Positions 19,754 to 29,711 of a stretch of 64,000 bases of DNA are shown here, in pieces. Both the position numbers and the translations under genes were made by a program. The stretch comes from a virus: the IMG/VR virus record IMGVR_UViG_3300020048_003770, positions 1-64,000 of that record; one strand, given 5' to 3'. Each line of letters begins with the position of its first letter. Position 1 is the first letter of the stretch. The notes beneath the pieces were generated by a model that worked only from the letters and a program-made list of their open reading frames with translations, searched no databases and was not told the origin of the DNA.

Positions 19754-19828
19754 GGGCACTTCTTCTAAAGGTTAAGAAAATCGTCTGATACGCGATCAAT
19801 AATGGTTCGATTCCATTAGTGCCTACCA
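19754..19828 (+). tRNA. tRNA-Ile(GAT)
   Basis: Acceptor GGGCACT/AGTGCCT, arm ATCGT-CTGATAC-GCGAT, CCA. Confidence 0.88.
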
Positions 19829-19837
19829 ATTAAAAAT

Positions 19838-19915
19838 GTCGATGTAGACAAAATGGTTAAAGTCACCAGGCTTTCATCCTGGAATTTGCGGGTTCGAGTC
19901 CCGTCATCGATGCCA
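19838..19915 (+). tRNA. tRNA-Glu(TTC)
   Basis: Acceptor GTCGATG/CATCGAT, arm CCAGG-CTTTCAT-CCTGG, CCA. Confidence 0.92.
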
Positions 19916-19940
19916 GTTTTGAAAAAGTTTTAAAATTTAT

Positions 19941-20015
19941 TAGGGATGAGGTGTAATGGTTTGCACATCTCGTTTGGGTCGAGAGGGAGGAGTTCGAGTC
20001 TCACATCCTTAACCA
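19941..20015 (+). tRNA. tRNA-Pro(TGG)
   Basis: Arm TCTCG-TTTGGGT-CGAGA, acceptor AGGGATG/CATCCTT, CCA. Confidence 0.82.
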
Positions 20016-20064
20016 TTTTTTAAAATAATTCTTGACTTTCGTATTTATCTAGTATAATATCATT

Positions 20065-20391
20065 ATGAAAAAAGTAGGGGAACATTTAATATTTTCAGTT
20101 GATTTCTATAGTTCAATCAAACGTGTCAATTGTTATATGTTTGGACATTCTATGACTGGCTTATATATCAATGAATGTTCTAACGTATTAGATGCATTTA
20201 AATTAGAATTAGATAAGATTGTTGATGCTAAAAAAAGATTGAGATTTGACAGGCTTAGGTTTGGATTTAGAGAGGGTGATAAGATGTCGTATTATGATGT
20301 CTCAAAAGAAGAATATTTGAGATGTAAATGTGATATTGTTAAACCGATATTTAATATGTTATATGATGGATTTTATAGTTGTAAAGATTGA
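20065..20391 (+). CDS. hypothetical protein
   Basis: ORF directly after promoter. Confidence 0.55.
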   Translation: MKKVGEHLIFSVDFYSSIKRVNCYMFGHSMTGLYINECSNVLDAFKLELDKIVDAKKRLRFDRLRFGFREGDKMSYYDVSKEEYLRCKCDIVKPIFNMLYDGFYSCKD

Positions 20392-20406
20392 TAAATGGAG
20401 TGAAAA

Positions 20407-21120
20407 ATGAGTAAGAACAAAATAATTTATGAGCCGAAAGGAAGAGCGTTGGAATATAGTCCATTAGCATGTGATTTATATAAATTTTGTACGCATGGGT
20501 GTAAATATTGTTATCTAACCGTTAAAGATGGGAAAATCGCCAATTCAGATCCTATTCCTAATGTATTGGAAAAATTAGAAGAAGAAGCTAAGAGTTTAGA
20601 GGGCGACGGGAGAGAAATCTTGTTGTCATTTTCTTCTGATCCTTATTTTTCTGAAGAAGCGGCAGTTTATACGAGAAAAGCTTTGGAAATATTTGAGAGA
20701 CATAGATTGAACGCACAAGTATTGACAAAAGGTGGAATGAAAGCTTCTAGAGACTTCGATATATTGAGGAGGAACAATTGGAGGTTTGGTAGTACTGTAT
20801 GTTTCTCTAATGATGATTTAAGGAAGGAGTGGGAGCCAAATGCTGCATCAATTGACAGTAGAATTGAAGCGTTACATGAAGCCTATTGCAAAGGTATTTT
20901 CACATGGGTTTCTATTGAGCCTGTAATTGATCCATCTGAAGCCATAAAAGTTATTGAAAGATTGAAAGGTTCTGTTAATTTATGGAAAATTGGAAAATTA
21001 AATCACTTTCCTGAGATTGAGGCTAAGATTGATTGGAAGGCGTATTTAAGGACGGTAATGGATTTATTGAAAGGTGAAAGCGTTGTCTATAAAAAAGACT
21101 TAATTGCTTGCATTGATTAA
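20407..21120 (+). CDS. Radical SAM protein (SPL-like group)
   Basis: CTHGCKYC, SSDPY, VLTKG, WVSIEP. Confidence 0.88.
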   Translation: MSKNKIIYEPKGRALEYSPLACDLYKFCTHGCKYCYLTVKDGKIANSDPIPNVLEKLEEEAKSLEGDGREILLSFSSDPYFSEEAAVYTRKALEIFERHRLNAQVLTKGGMKASRDFDILRRNNWRFGSTVCFSNDDLRKEWEPNAASIDSRIEALHEAYCKGIFTWVSIEPVIDPSEAIKVIERLKGSVNLWKIGKLNHFPEIEAKIDWKAYLRTVMDLLKGESVVYKKDLIACID

Positions 21121-21418
21121 AAATATGAAAAATTACACATATGATAGCGTTACCGTGTCGAATGGAACTGAAGCGACTGTAGTGATGATGAAATTAATTA
21201 AGGATGGATGGAAAAATCTTCAATATGTTGCTCATTCAAGTTGGGGAGATTGTTCTTGTCCTGAAATAACTGGCACTCGTCCTATGACAAAAGATGAGTT
21301 AAAAGAAAAAGATGATATGCTAAAGAAAGAATATCGGCAAGACTTAAAAGAATTAAAATTGCTTTCTAAAAAGCTAGGATATGATTTAATTAAGAAAGAT
21401 TAATGGGAAAGTAAAATT

Positions 21419-21913
21419 ATGAATATAGTTAATGTATTTGCGGCGTATGGGGATTTCGGGAACTTTGGTGATGGAACACTTATCGGAGTTTTTGATGACA
21501 TAAATCAAGCGGAAAAAGCTGCAAAAGGAAGAGGTTCATTGGATTGTGGAGGAGATGGGCATATAAAAGAAAGAAAGGCGATTCAAGACGGTAAGGATTT
21601 TTATTTGCTCGAATTGAATTTTGCAATTTCTATCAATAAGGAATTAAGTCCTAATCCTAGAGATAGAGATGAATCGTATTCAGTAGTGGTTACTAGAGTA
21701 AATAATTCGCTTGAATTTATGAAAATACTTCGCAGAAGGACTGGAATGAGCCTTCGTGAAACAAAAGAATTTATGGATAATTTTTATGCTTATGGGAAAG
21801 CTAAGATTCAGCCATGTACATCTTATTTTGACGGAACATTTTCTAAGGATGAAGCAATATCTTGGAAGCAAGAAGTAGAATTAAATGATGTTGCTCGATT
21901 GGAGTTGGAGTAA
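21419..21913 (+). CDS. hypothetical protein with L7/L12 CTD-like helix motif
   Basis: KILRRRTGMSLRETKEFMD. Confidence 0.5.
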   Translation: MNIVNVFAAYGDFGNFGDGTLIGVFDDINQAEKAAKGRGSLDCGGDGHIKERKAIQDGKDFYLLELNFAISINKELSPNPRDRDESYSVVVTRVNNSLEFMKILRRRTGMSLRETKEFMDNFYAYGKAKIQPCTSYFDGTFSKDEAISWKQEVELNDVARLELE

Positions 21914-22211
21914 TCAATTGCATAATTCTAAAGAAGACAAGAAATATTTTGTTTATATGGTTCGGTGCAAGAATAATTCTCTTTATACTGGTTTTTCAAC
22001 TGATGTAGAGGCGAGAGTAAAAACGCATAATTCTAGGAAAGGGGCAAGAGCGGTAAAAATGATGGGATTGCCTGTTGAATTAGTTTATAAAGAGGAGTGT
22101 AATAATTTGAGTTCGGCATTGATTAGAGAAAACGAAATAAAGAAAATGACGAAAAAGAAGAAAGAACAATTAATAAATGGAAGCTCAAACGCCACAACAG
22201 ATGCTAGATGA
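21885..22211 (+). CDS. GIY-YIG nuclease (UPF0213-like)
   Basis: FVYMVRCKNNSLYTG.STD..R...HN, ALIRE.EIK. Confidence 0.88.
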   Translation: MMLLDWSWSNQLHNSKEDKKYFVYMVRCKNNSLYTGFSTDVEARVKTHNSRKGARAVKMMGLPVELVYKEECNNLSSALIRENEIKKMTKKKKEQLINGSSNATTDAR

Positions 22212-22749
22212 TAGAAAAGAGAATCAGGTATGCCATATAACATCATTGTTGGGTATGCGGATTTTATCAAAAGAAATTCTTAAAAGAGAGTTGAATGTAA
22301 TTTCTATTCGAGAGCCAAAGAAACAAAGAAATGCAGATATTCAATCTCAATGCGACAAGATTGACTTATTGCATGGCGAAAGGTGTTTTTCTGTTGATTT
22401 TCAAGATATTGATTTCATTTCCAAATCGTCAAAGATGGTCAATCCAAATAAAAAACAGATTGCATCAATATTGGATTGGGCTAAAAATAAATATCAAGAA
22501 AACGGAAAGTTATTCGTTGTTCATTGTTTCGCAGGAATAAGTCGTTCTTCTGCGGTTGCCATGTTGATTAATTATATGATTAATGGAGATTTATTTGCTC
22601 CTTATGACGTTAAATATCATAGTCCTAACAAATTGATTTTAGAATTTGGTGCTGAGATATTAGGGTTTGATTCTATTTCTGTTATAAATAAGATAAAGGC
22701 TATTTCAGATGAATATTTTGCAGGAGATTGGAAATATGAAATCTTTTAA
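22177..22749 (+). CDS. Protein-tyrosine/dual-specificity phosphatase-like protein
   Basis: HCFAGISRS CX5R loop. Confidence 0.85.
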   Translation: MEAQTPQQMLDDRKENQVCHITSLLGMRILSKEILKRELNVISIREPKKQRNADIQSQCDKIDLLHGERCFSVDFQDIDFISKSSKMVNPNKKQIASILDWAKNKYQENGKLFVVHCFAGISRSSAVAMLINYMINGDLFAPYDVKYHSPNKLILEFGAEILGFDSISVINKIKAISDEYFAGDWKYEIF

Positions 22750-23377
22750 AAGTAAAATAGTTTGTTTGATTTTATTGTTATTTACAACCACGAATGTATT
22801 GTCTAGTATACGTCCATGGTTTGCGGTATCTACTCTTTGGGGGCAAGGTTCGGCAGGATTATCTTATTATGATGACCCAATTATTTATTCTTTGAAATAT
22901 GATTTTGTATATGGGCGTGATGGTTTTACATATCATGAACTTGTGCCTAATGTAGTTGTTGATAAATATACATTCGGGATAAAATATAGATGGCAATTAG
23001 ATCAACATGAGTACGCTCCATATATAGGGTATTTTTTGCAATTTAAAGACCTAACCGTTCCAATTTCGTTGTATAATGAGTTGGAATATCGTATTAATTC
23101 TGTTGTTAAAGATTATGATTATTACAGGTCTAGACATATCTTGACTTTTTATGCTCCGGTTGAAGAGGATGATATTTTCAGACCATATTTTGCCATTGAT
23201 TCATTTATTAATTTGAGTTCTAAAGACTTTGAAAAGACTAGGTTGAATATAGGCTATTTTATTTACTTGAAAAGTTGTACGGTTAGAGTATACTTTATAC
23301 CAGTTTCATATGGGAATAAGGAAGAAGAATGGGACGATAGTAATGAATTTGGGGCGTCTGTCATATATAAATGGTGA
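22736..23377 (+). CDS. Putative outer-membrane beta-barrel protein
   Basis: Signal peptide, alternating aromatic strands, terminal YKW. Confidence 0.55.
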   Translation: MKSFKSKIVCLILLLFTTTNVLSSIRPWFAVSTLWGQGSAGLSYYDDPIIYSLKYDFVYGRDGFTYHELVPNVVVDKYTFGIKYRWQLDQHEYAPYIGYFLQFKDLTVPISLYNELEYRINSVVKDYDYYRSRHILTFYAPVEEDDIFRPYFAIDSFINLSSKDFEKTRLNIGYFIYLKSCTVRVYFIPVSYGNKEEEWDDSNEFGASVIYKW

Positions 23378-23391
23378 AGAAAGGTTGAAAA

Positions 23392-24036
23392 ATGAAGATA
23401 AAAAAAGAAGCTGAAAACATTTATAGCGTAGTTTATGATACGCAATACGAGCTAACTATGTCTTTTGTTCGGTTGCAGGAGTTTTATGAGAGCCCTAAAT
23501 TTAAAGGAGAGTATTTTACATTAGAAGAGTATATGGATTATTGGGCTGTAAATTTCGGGAATGGATCTTTTGATTATCCTGTTAGATGGAGCGGGTTCAA
23601 TATTCCAGGTGCAGTTTTATCTAATTGGATTGAGATTTTTGAAGAGAGTGTATTAAGGGAGAAAGAAATCGTCTTAATTAATAGATTGAGAAAGGTTTTC
23701 AAAAGAGACAAAAAATCATTTTCTAATGAAGTTTATATTATTGGGGCGCATAAAGGTAAAGATTGTAGATCTGTTATAAATCACGAAATGGCGCATGCTT
23801 TCTATAATTTGAATCCTAAATATAGACGCGACATGAATAAATTGATTGAAGGTTATTTTAGCAATGATATTATTAATGCAAAAGAGAGATTGATTCAGAT
23901 GGGTTATTGTGATGATGTGATTCTAGATGAGATTCAAGCGTATTGGTCAACGGGGGGCATAGGGAATATTTATCATCCGCTTGATCAAAGATTTGAATTT
24001 AGAGATTGTTACCGAAAATATGTCTATGGAATGTGA
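23392..24036 (+). CDS. hypothetical protein with HEXXH motif
   Basis: RLQEFYESP, HEMAH, DEIQAY. Confidence 0.6.
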   Translation: MKIKKEAENIYSVVYDTQYELTMSFVRLQEFYESPKFKGEYFTLEEYMDYWAVNFGNGSFDYPVRWSGFNIPGAVLSNWIEIFEESVLREKEIVLINRLRKVFKRDKKSFSNEVYIIGAHKGKDCRSVINHEMAHAFYNLNPKYRRDMNKLIEGYFSNDIINAKERLIQMGYCDDVILDEIQAYWSTGGIGNIYHPLDQRFEFRDCYRKYVYGM

Positions 24037-24308
24037 TATGCAAGAAAAAATAAATAAAGTGATAGATTTGTGTTTTGAGGAAATGTTCTCTAGGGTTGGG
24101 GAGAAATATCCTAACAAAGAGTTGACTGACAAACCTAATTGGTACACTCTTCGTTCTTGGACGGATGAGCAACAGAATGATTTCAAGAAATGGATGGTGT
24201 CCTTCTTGATCAAGGAAATGAGATGGATTAAGAAAACGGCGGAAAAGGAAGTTGGCTTTTTTATATTAAATTATGGATGGTCAACTAAGTTATTTTGAAA
24301 GGAAAATT

Positions 24309-24680
24309 ATGAAGATATTGGTTTTGGAAGACGATCAAGAAAGAATTAAGATTTTTCGTAGGAATTTAGAGATAGGATGCGAAACGTTTTTAGTTGCAAT
24401 TACTGCCGAAGCATGTATCCAAGCGTTAGAAAATATGAAATTTCAGTGGATTTTTCTCGACCACGATTTGGGGGGTAAAGTTTTTGTTAAGTCGGATGGA
24501 GAAGAAAAGACTGGCTGGCATGTTGCAAAATGGTTAAGCGAGCATGAAGATAGAAAGCCAGAGAATATAATTATCCATTCTTTAAATGAGGCAGGAAGAA
24601 AGCGGATGATGTCACTTTTGCCTGAAGCTAAAGAAGTTCCTTTTGCATGGAATTTGGTTAAGATTGAAAATAAATCATGA
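24309..24680 (+). CDS. Cyclic-phosphate processing receiver-domain protein
   Basis: VLEDD, FLDHDLG, TG..VAKWL, IHSLN. Confidence 0.8.
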   Translation: MKILVLEDDQERIKIFRRNLEIGCETFLVAITAEACIQALENMKFQWIFLDHDLGGKVFVKSDGEEKTGWHVAKWLSEHEDRKPENIIIHSLNEAGRKRMMSLLPEAKEVPFAWNLVKIENKS

Positions 24681-24967
24681 AAATAGAAAAAACAGTTAAG
24701 AAATTACTTGAAACGCCATATTGGTTAGAAACTCTTAATCCAGATTTTGCATACAGGAGAGAGCATGATGACCACGATGGAGAACCAAAAGGTGGACTTA
24801 TGGTTATGTTTGATGAGTGGGGAGATGGGTATGTCGCAACGGATCAACATCCATGGCTTAGATTCAGAACGTATGGCGGAGGAGGGAAAAGCCTTAGAAC
24901 TAGGAATGCTTTAATGATTTTAGCAGAAGCGATAAGACTTGATAACGAAGAAGGTAAACGTGTATGA
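24677..24967 (+). CDS. hypothetical protein
   Basis: HDDHDG, LRFRT.GGGG.S. Confidence 0.6.
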   Translation: MKIEKTVKKLLETPYWLETLNPDFAYRREHDDHDGEPKGGLMVMFDEWGDGYVATDQHPWLRFRTYGGGGKSLRTRNALMILAEAIRLDNEEGKRV

Positions 24968-25117
24968 CGCAATTAAACAAAGATTCTTATGCGCAATTGA
25001 TAAAAGAAGATATACATTGGTTATTGGAGAAAACGGAAGATTGTTTGGAGCGCCAGCATATAGAATCTATTTTAATGAATTCAATTGATCTGATATATAA
25101 TAAAAACGAAAGGAAAA

Positions 25118-25645
25118 TTGAAAATGAGAGTAATTAAGCAAATCACAAACAATAAGTTTCTTAATATTAAAGAGGTAAGCGATCCTAATATGGGTTGCAA
25201 AGGATATCAATTTGCAGAGAGAAGAGGAGTTGATTCTATCGCATTTATTTGTTATGATAAATCCACGAATAAATTTCTATTGAACAATGAAGCAACGCCA
25301 CCACTAGGGCTATTTTTGATTAGAGCATTCGGTGGTTCGCTTGACAAAGATGTTGTTCATGAAGAAATCGTAAAGGGGGAAGTTGAAGAAGAAGCTGGAT
25401 ATGAAGTCGAACTTAAGCAGATAAAAAGTTTAGGAAAGTGTTTCGTGTCCACTCAAATGAATCAATATTGCTATTTATATCTTGTTTTAGTATCTGACAA
25501 AAACAAAACTGAAAGAAAGCCAGAAAATGCATGTGAGGCTTTGGCGGAGACAGTGTGGTTATCTGAAGAGGATATCGTTGATGGAGATGATTGGAAGGCA
25601 ATTGCGATTTTGAACAAAGCGAAGAAACAATTAATAATTCAATAA
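25118..25645 (+). CDS. Nudix hydrolase
   Basis: GGSLD...GEVEEEAGY Nudix box. Confidence 0.8.
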   Translation: MKMRVIKQITNNKFLNIKEVSDPNMGCKGYQFAERRGVDSIAFICYDKSTNKFLLNNEATPPLGLFLIRAFGGSLDKDVVHEEIVKGEVEEEAGYEVELKQIKSLGKCFVSTQMNQYCYLYLVLVSDKNKTERKPENACEALAETVWLSEEDIVDGDDWKAIAILNKAKKQLIIQ

Positions 25646-25656
25646 GGAGAGAAATC

Positions 25657-26055
25657 ATGTTTGGTAAAAAGACGAGAGTTAAAGACGTTATTAATGCGTG
25701 GGATAAATTTATTTTAATCTATAGGAAATTTCGAGATTCGAGCGGGATGAGTGCTCCTGATTATTCTGCATTTGAAATTTGTACATCTTTGTCAGATAAG
25801 CATGGCAGGATATGTCGTCAGATTAAACATGCTGAAAGGAATGACGCTAAATCTGATTGGCCACAAGGAATGACCGAAGCGATGGCGGGATATATCGTTT
25901 ATTTGGAAATGTTGTTGGATAAATATAAAATAAGTGCTTCTGATGGATGGAGAAATGAATTGGAATCTGCTTTACGCCAATATCGGGTCAAAACAGACAT
26001 TGATTGTGGAGGAGTGGACGAATTTGAATGCGAAGTTGTTGTGGATGGAAAATAA
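25657..26055 (+). CDS. hypothetical protein (possible MazG-like helical fold)
   Basis: AAGGAG RBS before MFGKK. Confidence 0.5.
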   Translation: MFGKKTRVKDVINAWDKFILIYRKFRDSSGMSAPDYSAFEICTSLSDKHGRICRQIKHAERNDAKSDWPQGMTEAMAGYIVYLEMLLDKYKISASDGWRNELESALRQYRVKTDIDCGGVDEFECEVVVDGK

Positions 26056-26107
26056 TTATTGAAAAACAAAAAAAGGATTTTGGTATAATAGATTTGAATT
26101 TATAATT

Positions 26108-26191
26108 ATGAACACAAAACAGAACATATTTAGCTTTTTTAGCTTTAGACACCCTTCATGGACTTTGAAGGTTGGTTATGTTATGTTTTAA
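26108..26191 (+). CDS. Phe(/Ser)-rich attenuator leader peptide MNTKQNIFSFFSFRHPSWTLKVGYVMF
   Basis: FSFFSF run; followed by terminator and tRNA-Phe. Confidence 0.85.
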   Translation: MNTKQNIFSFFSFRHPSWTLKVGYVMF

Positions 26192-26213
26192 TATAATTAA
26201 AGCCAATTTAAAA

Positions 26214-26247
26214 AGAGCCCATGAATTAAGTTTCGTGGGCTTTTTTT
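26214..26247 (+). terminator. Attenuator terminator 3
   Basis: AGCCCATGAA/TTCGTGGGCT plus U tract; 5' arm pairs alternatively with TTCATGGACTTT 26155-26166. Confidence 0.88.
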
Positions 26248-26255
26248 GTTTTATT

Positions 26256-26331
26256 GGAGGTTGCGTAGGTATGGTTATTACGTCGAACTGAAAATTCGAA
26301 GAATCCGGTCCGATTCCGGAAGCCTCCACCA
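26256..26331 (+). tRNA. tRNA-Phe(GAA)
   Basis: Acceptor GGAGGTT/AGCCTCC, arm TCGAA-CTGAAAA-TTCGA, CCA. Confidence 0.88.
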
Positions 26332-26375
26332 ATTTTGAAAAAGGGATAATAGTTCTCATGATAGAAATAAGTATT

Positions 26376-28274
26376 ATGAGAATTTTCCGTCAAGCAATAA
26401 CTAAACAAATTAAAGAACAGGTTTCAACTAGAGAAGAATTACCGTTCAATAATATTTTTGATGATGATAACCTGAGAATTGTCATTCCTATTCAAAGTGA
26501 AAAAATTCAATATATACTGAATTCTCTTAAGCATGGACAAACAAAAACAGGGACGAAATACCAAATTGATTTAGATAATAAAATTGCCTATCGTTTAATC
26601 AAAAATGAGAGTGGAGACTTTGTTTTAGACCCAAGACCTATGCGATTAGGCAAGGTGATTCATAAAGAACTTGGCGACAAATGGGCAGACGCATGGAGTA
26701 TTGAAATTGCTAGTAAAGACAGTGAGGGTAAATCCATCATTTTGTCAAGATCTCCAGTCGATGTTGTCAGAATGAGTGATCATACTTGGGAGTCTTGTCA
26801 TAGCCCTGGTGAAAATTATTTTGACAGTGCAATACAGGAGGCTATAGGCGGTGGAGCGGTAGCTTATGTTGTAAATAATCAAGATATTGATGATTTTATA
26901 AAACGAAATGGCAACGACGAAATGGCGCTTCAATCAGAAGAAATTTTCAGAGACGACGATAGGGGCATTGAAGGCATTGTCCCATTGTCAAGAATAAGAG
27001 TAAACAGATACGTGAGTGATGATGGAGATGAACTAGCCTTGCCGGTTACGAGGACTTATGGCGAAAAATCTTCTGGATTTCTTGATACTGTAACTGATTG
27101 GCTTAAGGAAAAACAGTCCAAAACGATTGATTATGATAGATTGAATATGAAACAATATGAGAGAACTGGAGGAATGTACGCAGATGATCCAGATCGTAAG
27201 ATAATGACTAATTTCTTTGGTAATGCTAAAGGTGTTACAAATGATTTACCTCACAAAGGAGGAGAATCGAGACTTCAAATATGGGATACCGAATTATATC
27301 AGATGAAAGAAGTTATAAATGAACAGTTAAAGCATTCTAGTGTTACTTATTTTATCGATGAGGTAGATAACCATGTTTTTATTTCCGGTGAAGGATATAT
27401 TGATTTTGCATTTCGTGGATATGTCGATGAAACTCAAGATGGTTTAGAGGATTTATTTAATAATTTTAAAAGCACGTTACAAGTTAATTATTGTGGCTAT
27501 GTTGATGAAATTGGCATTACAAATGAAAATGGAATAGCTAGGTTATCTTTGAGAATTACAATGGATCAAAACGATTCTATTAATGATCCTGATGATTGGC
27601 AAAGTAGAGCGGAAAGATTTGTATATTATGAAGAAACATTTTATCATCAAGATATTGAACATTTAAAAAACATTTTAATTGAAAAGTCGATATTGGAAAG
27701 CGTTGATGAGGTAGAAGATAAAGAAGAGTATTTGGCGAATCATATAAATGATGGCAATGGTATTCATAGCGGCGGGAATGATATTGATTTGTTTTTCAAT
27801 ACCGGAATTAAACTTCCAAAAATGACGGCAGGGGTAAATCAACCTTTAAAGGATCTTGTAAGCAATGTGTTTCTTGAATCGTTGCAAAGGAATGTAAATG
27901 CCAAATATTCAAATGTAAGTGGACAAATGAATTTTGATTTTTACGCCAATCAAGAGCTACAGTATAAAGACCCAAAATTTCATATGGATATGTCAATCGT
28001 AAAGCCGAATTATTACATTTCTTTTGCGAATTATGATTATCTTGCCAATTTTCGCATACAAATTCCATATTCTGAAATTTATCGTTTAGGTAAGACATAT
28101 TTTGATTTATTGTTGAAATCTTATGATGCTATATATAATGATATATATCGTGCGACTAAACAGTATATGGATAATTATAATTTGACTGTGAACAAGGGAA
28201 CAACAGCGGGGAAACTGAATTGGTATGATTTATGTAAATTGTCCCATTCAATTAACAAAAGGGAGATGGAATGA
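26376..28274 (+). CDS. Large hypothetical protein, possibly virion-associated
   Basis: MRIFRQA N-terminus, RMSD...WESCH motif, C-terminal NWY motif. Confidence 0.6.
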   Translation: MRIFRQAITKQIKEQVSTREELPFNNIFDDDNLRIVIPIQSEKIQYILNSLKHGQTKTGTKYQIDLDNKIAYRLIKNESGDFVLDPRPMRLGKVIHKELGDKWADAWSIEIASKDSEGKSIILSRSPVDVVRMSDHTWESCHSPGENYFDSAIQEAIGGGAVAYVVNNQDIDDFIKRNGNDEMALQSEEIFRDDDRGIEGIVPLSRIRVNRYVSDDGDELALPVTRTYGEKSSGFLDTVTDWLKEKQSKTIDYDRLNMKQYERTGGMYADDPDRKIMTNFFGNAKGVTNDLPHKGGESRLQIWDTELYQMKEVINEQLKHSSVTYFIDEVDNHVFISGEGYIDFAFRGYVDETQDGLEDLFNNFKSTLQVNYCGYVDEIGITNENGIARLSLRITMDQNDSINDPDDWQSRAERFVYYEETFYHQDIEHLKNILIEKSILESVDEVEDKEEYLANHINDGNGIHSGGNDIDLFFNTGIKLPKMTAGVNQPLKDLVSNVFLESLQRNVNAKYSNVSGQMNFDFYANQELQYKDPKFHMDMSIVKPNYYISFANYDYLANFRIQIPYSEIYRLGKTYFDLLLKSYDAIYNDIYRATKQYMDNYNLTVNKGTTAGKLNWYDLCKLSHSINKREME

Positions 28275-29584
28275 TAAAGAGCTATGTTTTGGATACGAAT
28301 GTGTTATTGTCAGACCCAGAAGCGATGTTTAATTTTGAAGATAACAATGTAATAATACCAATCGGAGTTATTGAAGAATTAGATCGGTTTAAAAAAGACC
28401 AAAGCGAGTTGGGTAAAAATGCTCGTCAAATATCTAGATTATTGGATGATTTAAGGCTTAAAGGTGATTTGAGAGAAGGTGTTAAGGTCGGTGACGGTAA
28501 GGTAATGGTACGCTATAATGGCAATTTAGAGTCTTACCTTAAAGAGAATAATGTTGATTTACATGTAATTCATATTGCTCAAAAGACGATGGACAGTGAC
28601 CCTGAAACGCCTTGCATTGTTGTTTCGAGAGATGTAAACGTAAGAATAAGAGCAAATGCGTTGGGGATAAAAGCGGAAAATTATGAAAGCGACCAAATCC
28701 CTCACGAAGAGATAGATAAAGGGTATAGTGAAATATTATTCGATGATAAATCGTTTGATGAGTTTGCGCAAGAGGGTAAAGTTAGAATAAACGATGTAAT
28801 GGATGAAGAAACCAAGAGACAAATCTTCCCTAATGAATATTTTATGATTTACAATAATAGTGGGTCTACATTGTTGGGTAGAGTCGATCCATATGTAACT
28901 GTTTTAAGGAAGTTAATATCTTGTCCTAACGGGATTGGTGTTATGCCAAAGAATAAAGAACAGTCATTTTTAATTGATGCGCTTTTAGATAATGATATAA
29001 AATTGGTATCCATTGTTGGAATTGCAGGCTCTGGGAAAACTATATTAAGTTCGGCAATTGGCTATTATTTGGTAGTTAATAAAAAAGATTACAAGCGATT
29101 ATTGATAAGTCGTCCTGTTTTTCCAATGGGTAAAGACTTAGGTTATTTACCAGGATCGGTCGATGAAAAGCTTGCGCCATGGATGTGTCCGATATATGAT
29201 GCGTTTGATGTAATTAAAGAACACGCTAATTCTAATGTCAAATCGGGCGTTACTGGGAAAAGCATTGTTGATGGGAATAGCGTAGTGGTGGAGCCATTGA
29301 CATACATTAGAGGAAGAAGCATTCGTGACCAGTTTCTTATTGTCGATGAATCTCAAAACTTAAATGTCCATGAGATTAAAACAATTATAACTAGAGCCGG
29401 AGATAACACGAAAGTTGTATTGACTGGCGATATATATCAAATAGACAATCCCTATATTGATAGTTTGTCGAATGGTTTATCTAGTGTTGTAAAGAATATG
29501 AGAGATTCAAAATTATCCGCTCATATAGTATTATCAAAGGGCGTTCGGTCTGAATTGGCGGAAGAAGCATCTCGTAAACTATAA
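28271..29584 (+). CDS. phoH: PhoH2 (PIN domain plus PhoH ATPase)
   Basis: VLDTNVLL, GIAGSGKT, LGYLPG, YIRGRS, DESQN, GD..QID. Confidence 0.93.
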   Translation: MIKSYVLDTNVLLSDPEAMFNFEDNNVIIPIGVIEELDRFKKDQSELGKNARQISRLLDDLRLKGDLREGVKVGDGKVMVRYNGNLESYLKENNVDLHVIHIAQKTMDSDPETPCIVVSRDVNVRIRANALGIKAENYESDQIPHEEIDKGYSEILFDDKSFDEFAQEGKVRINDVMDEETKRQIFPNEYFMIYNNSGSTLLGRVDPYVTVLRKLISCPNGIGVMPKNKEQSFLIDALLDNDIKLVSIVGIAGSGKTILSSAIGYYLVVNKKDYKRLLISRPVFPMGKDLGYLPGSVDEKLAPWMCPIYDAFDVIKEHANSNVKSGVTGKSIVDGNSVVVEPLTYIRGRSIRDQFLIVDESQNLNVHEIKTIITRAGDNTKVVLTGDIYQIDNPYIDSLSNGLSSVVKNMRDSKLSAHIVLSKGVRSELAEEASRKL

Positions 29585-29711
29585 AAATAGAAAAAGGAGT
29601 TTCACTGTATAATAAAGAAACAGTTAAGTAGTTCAGAAAGAATATCAATGCTCAAAGATAGAAAAAATGTTAAATTAACAAAAGTTATAAAAAAGAAAAG
29701 GAGAACAAAAA

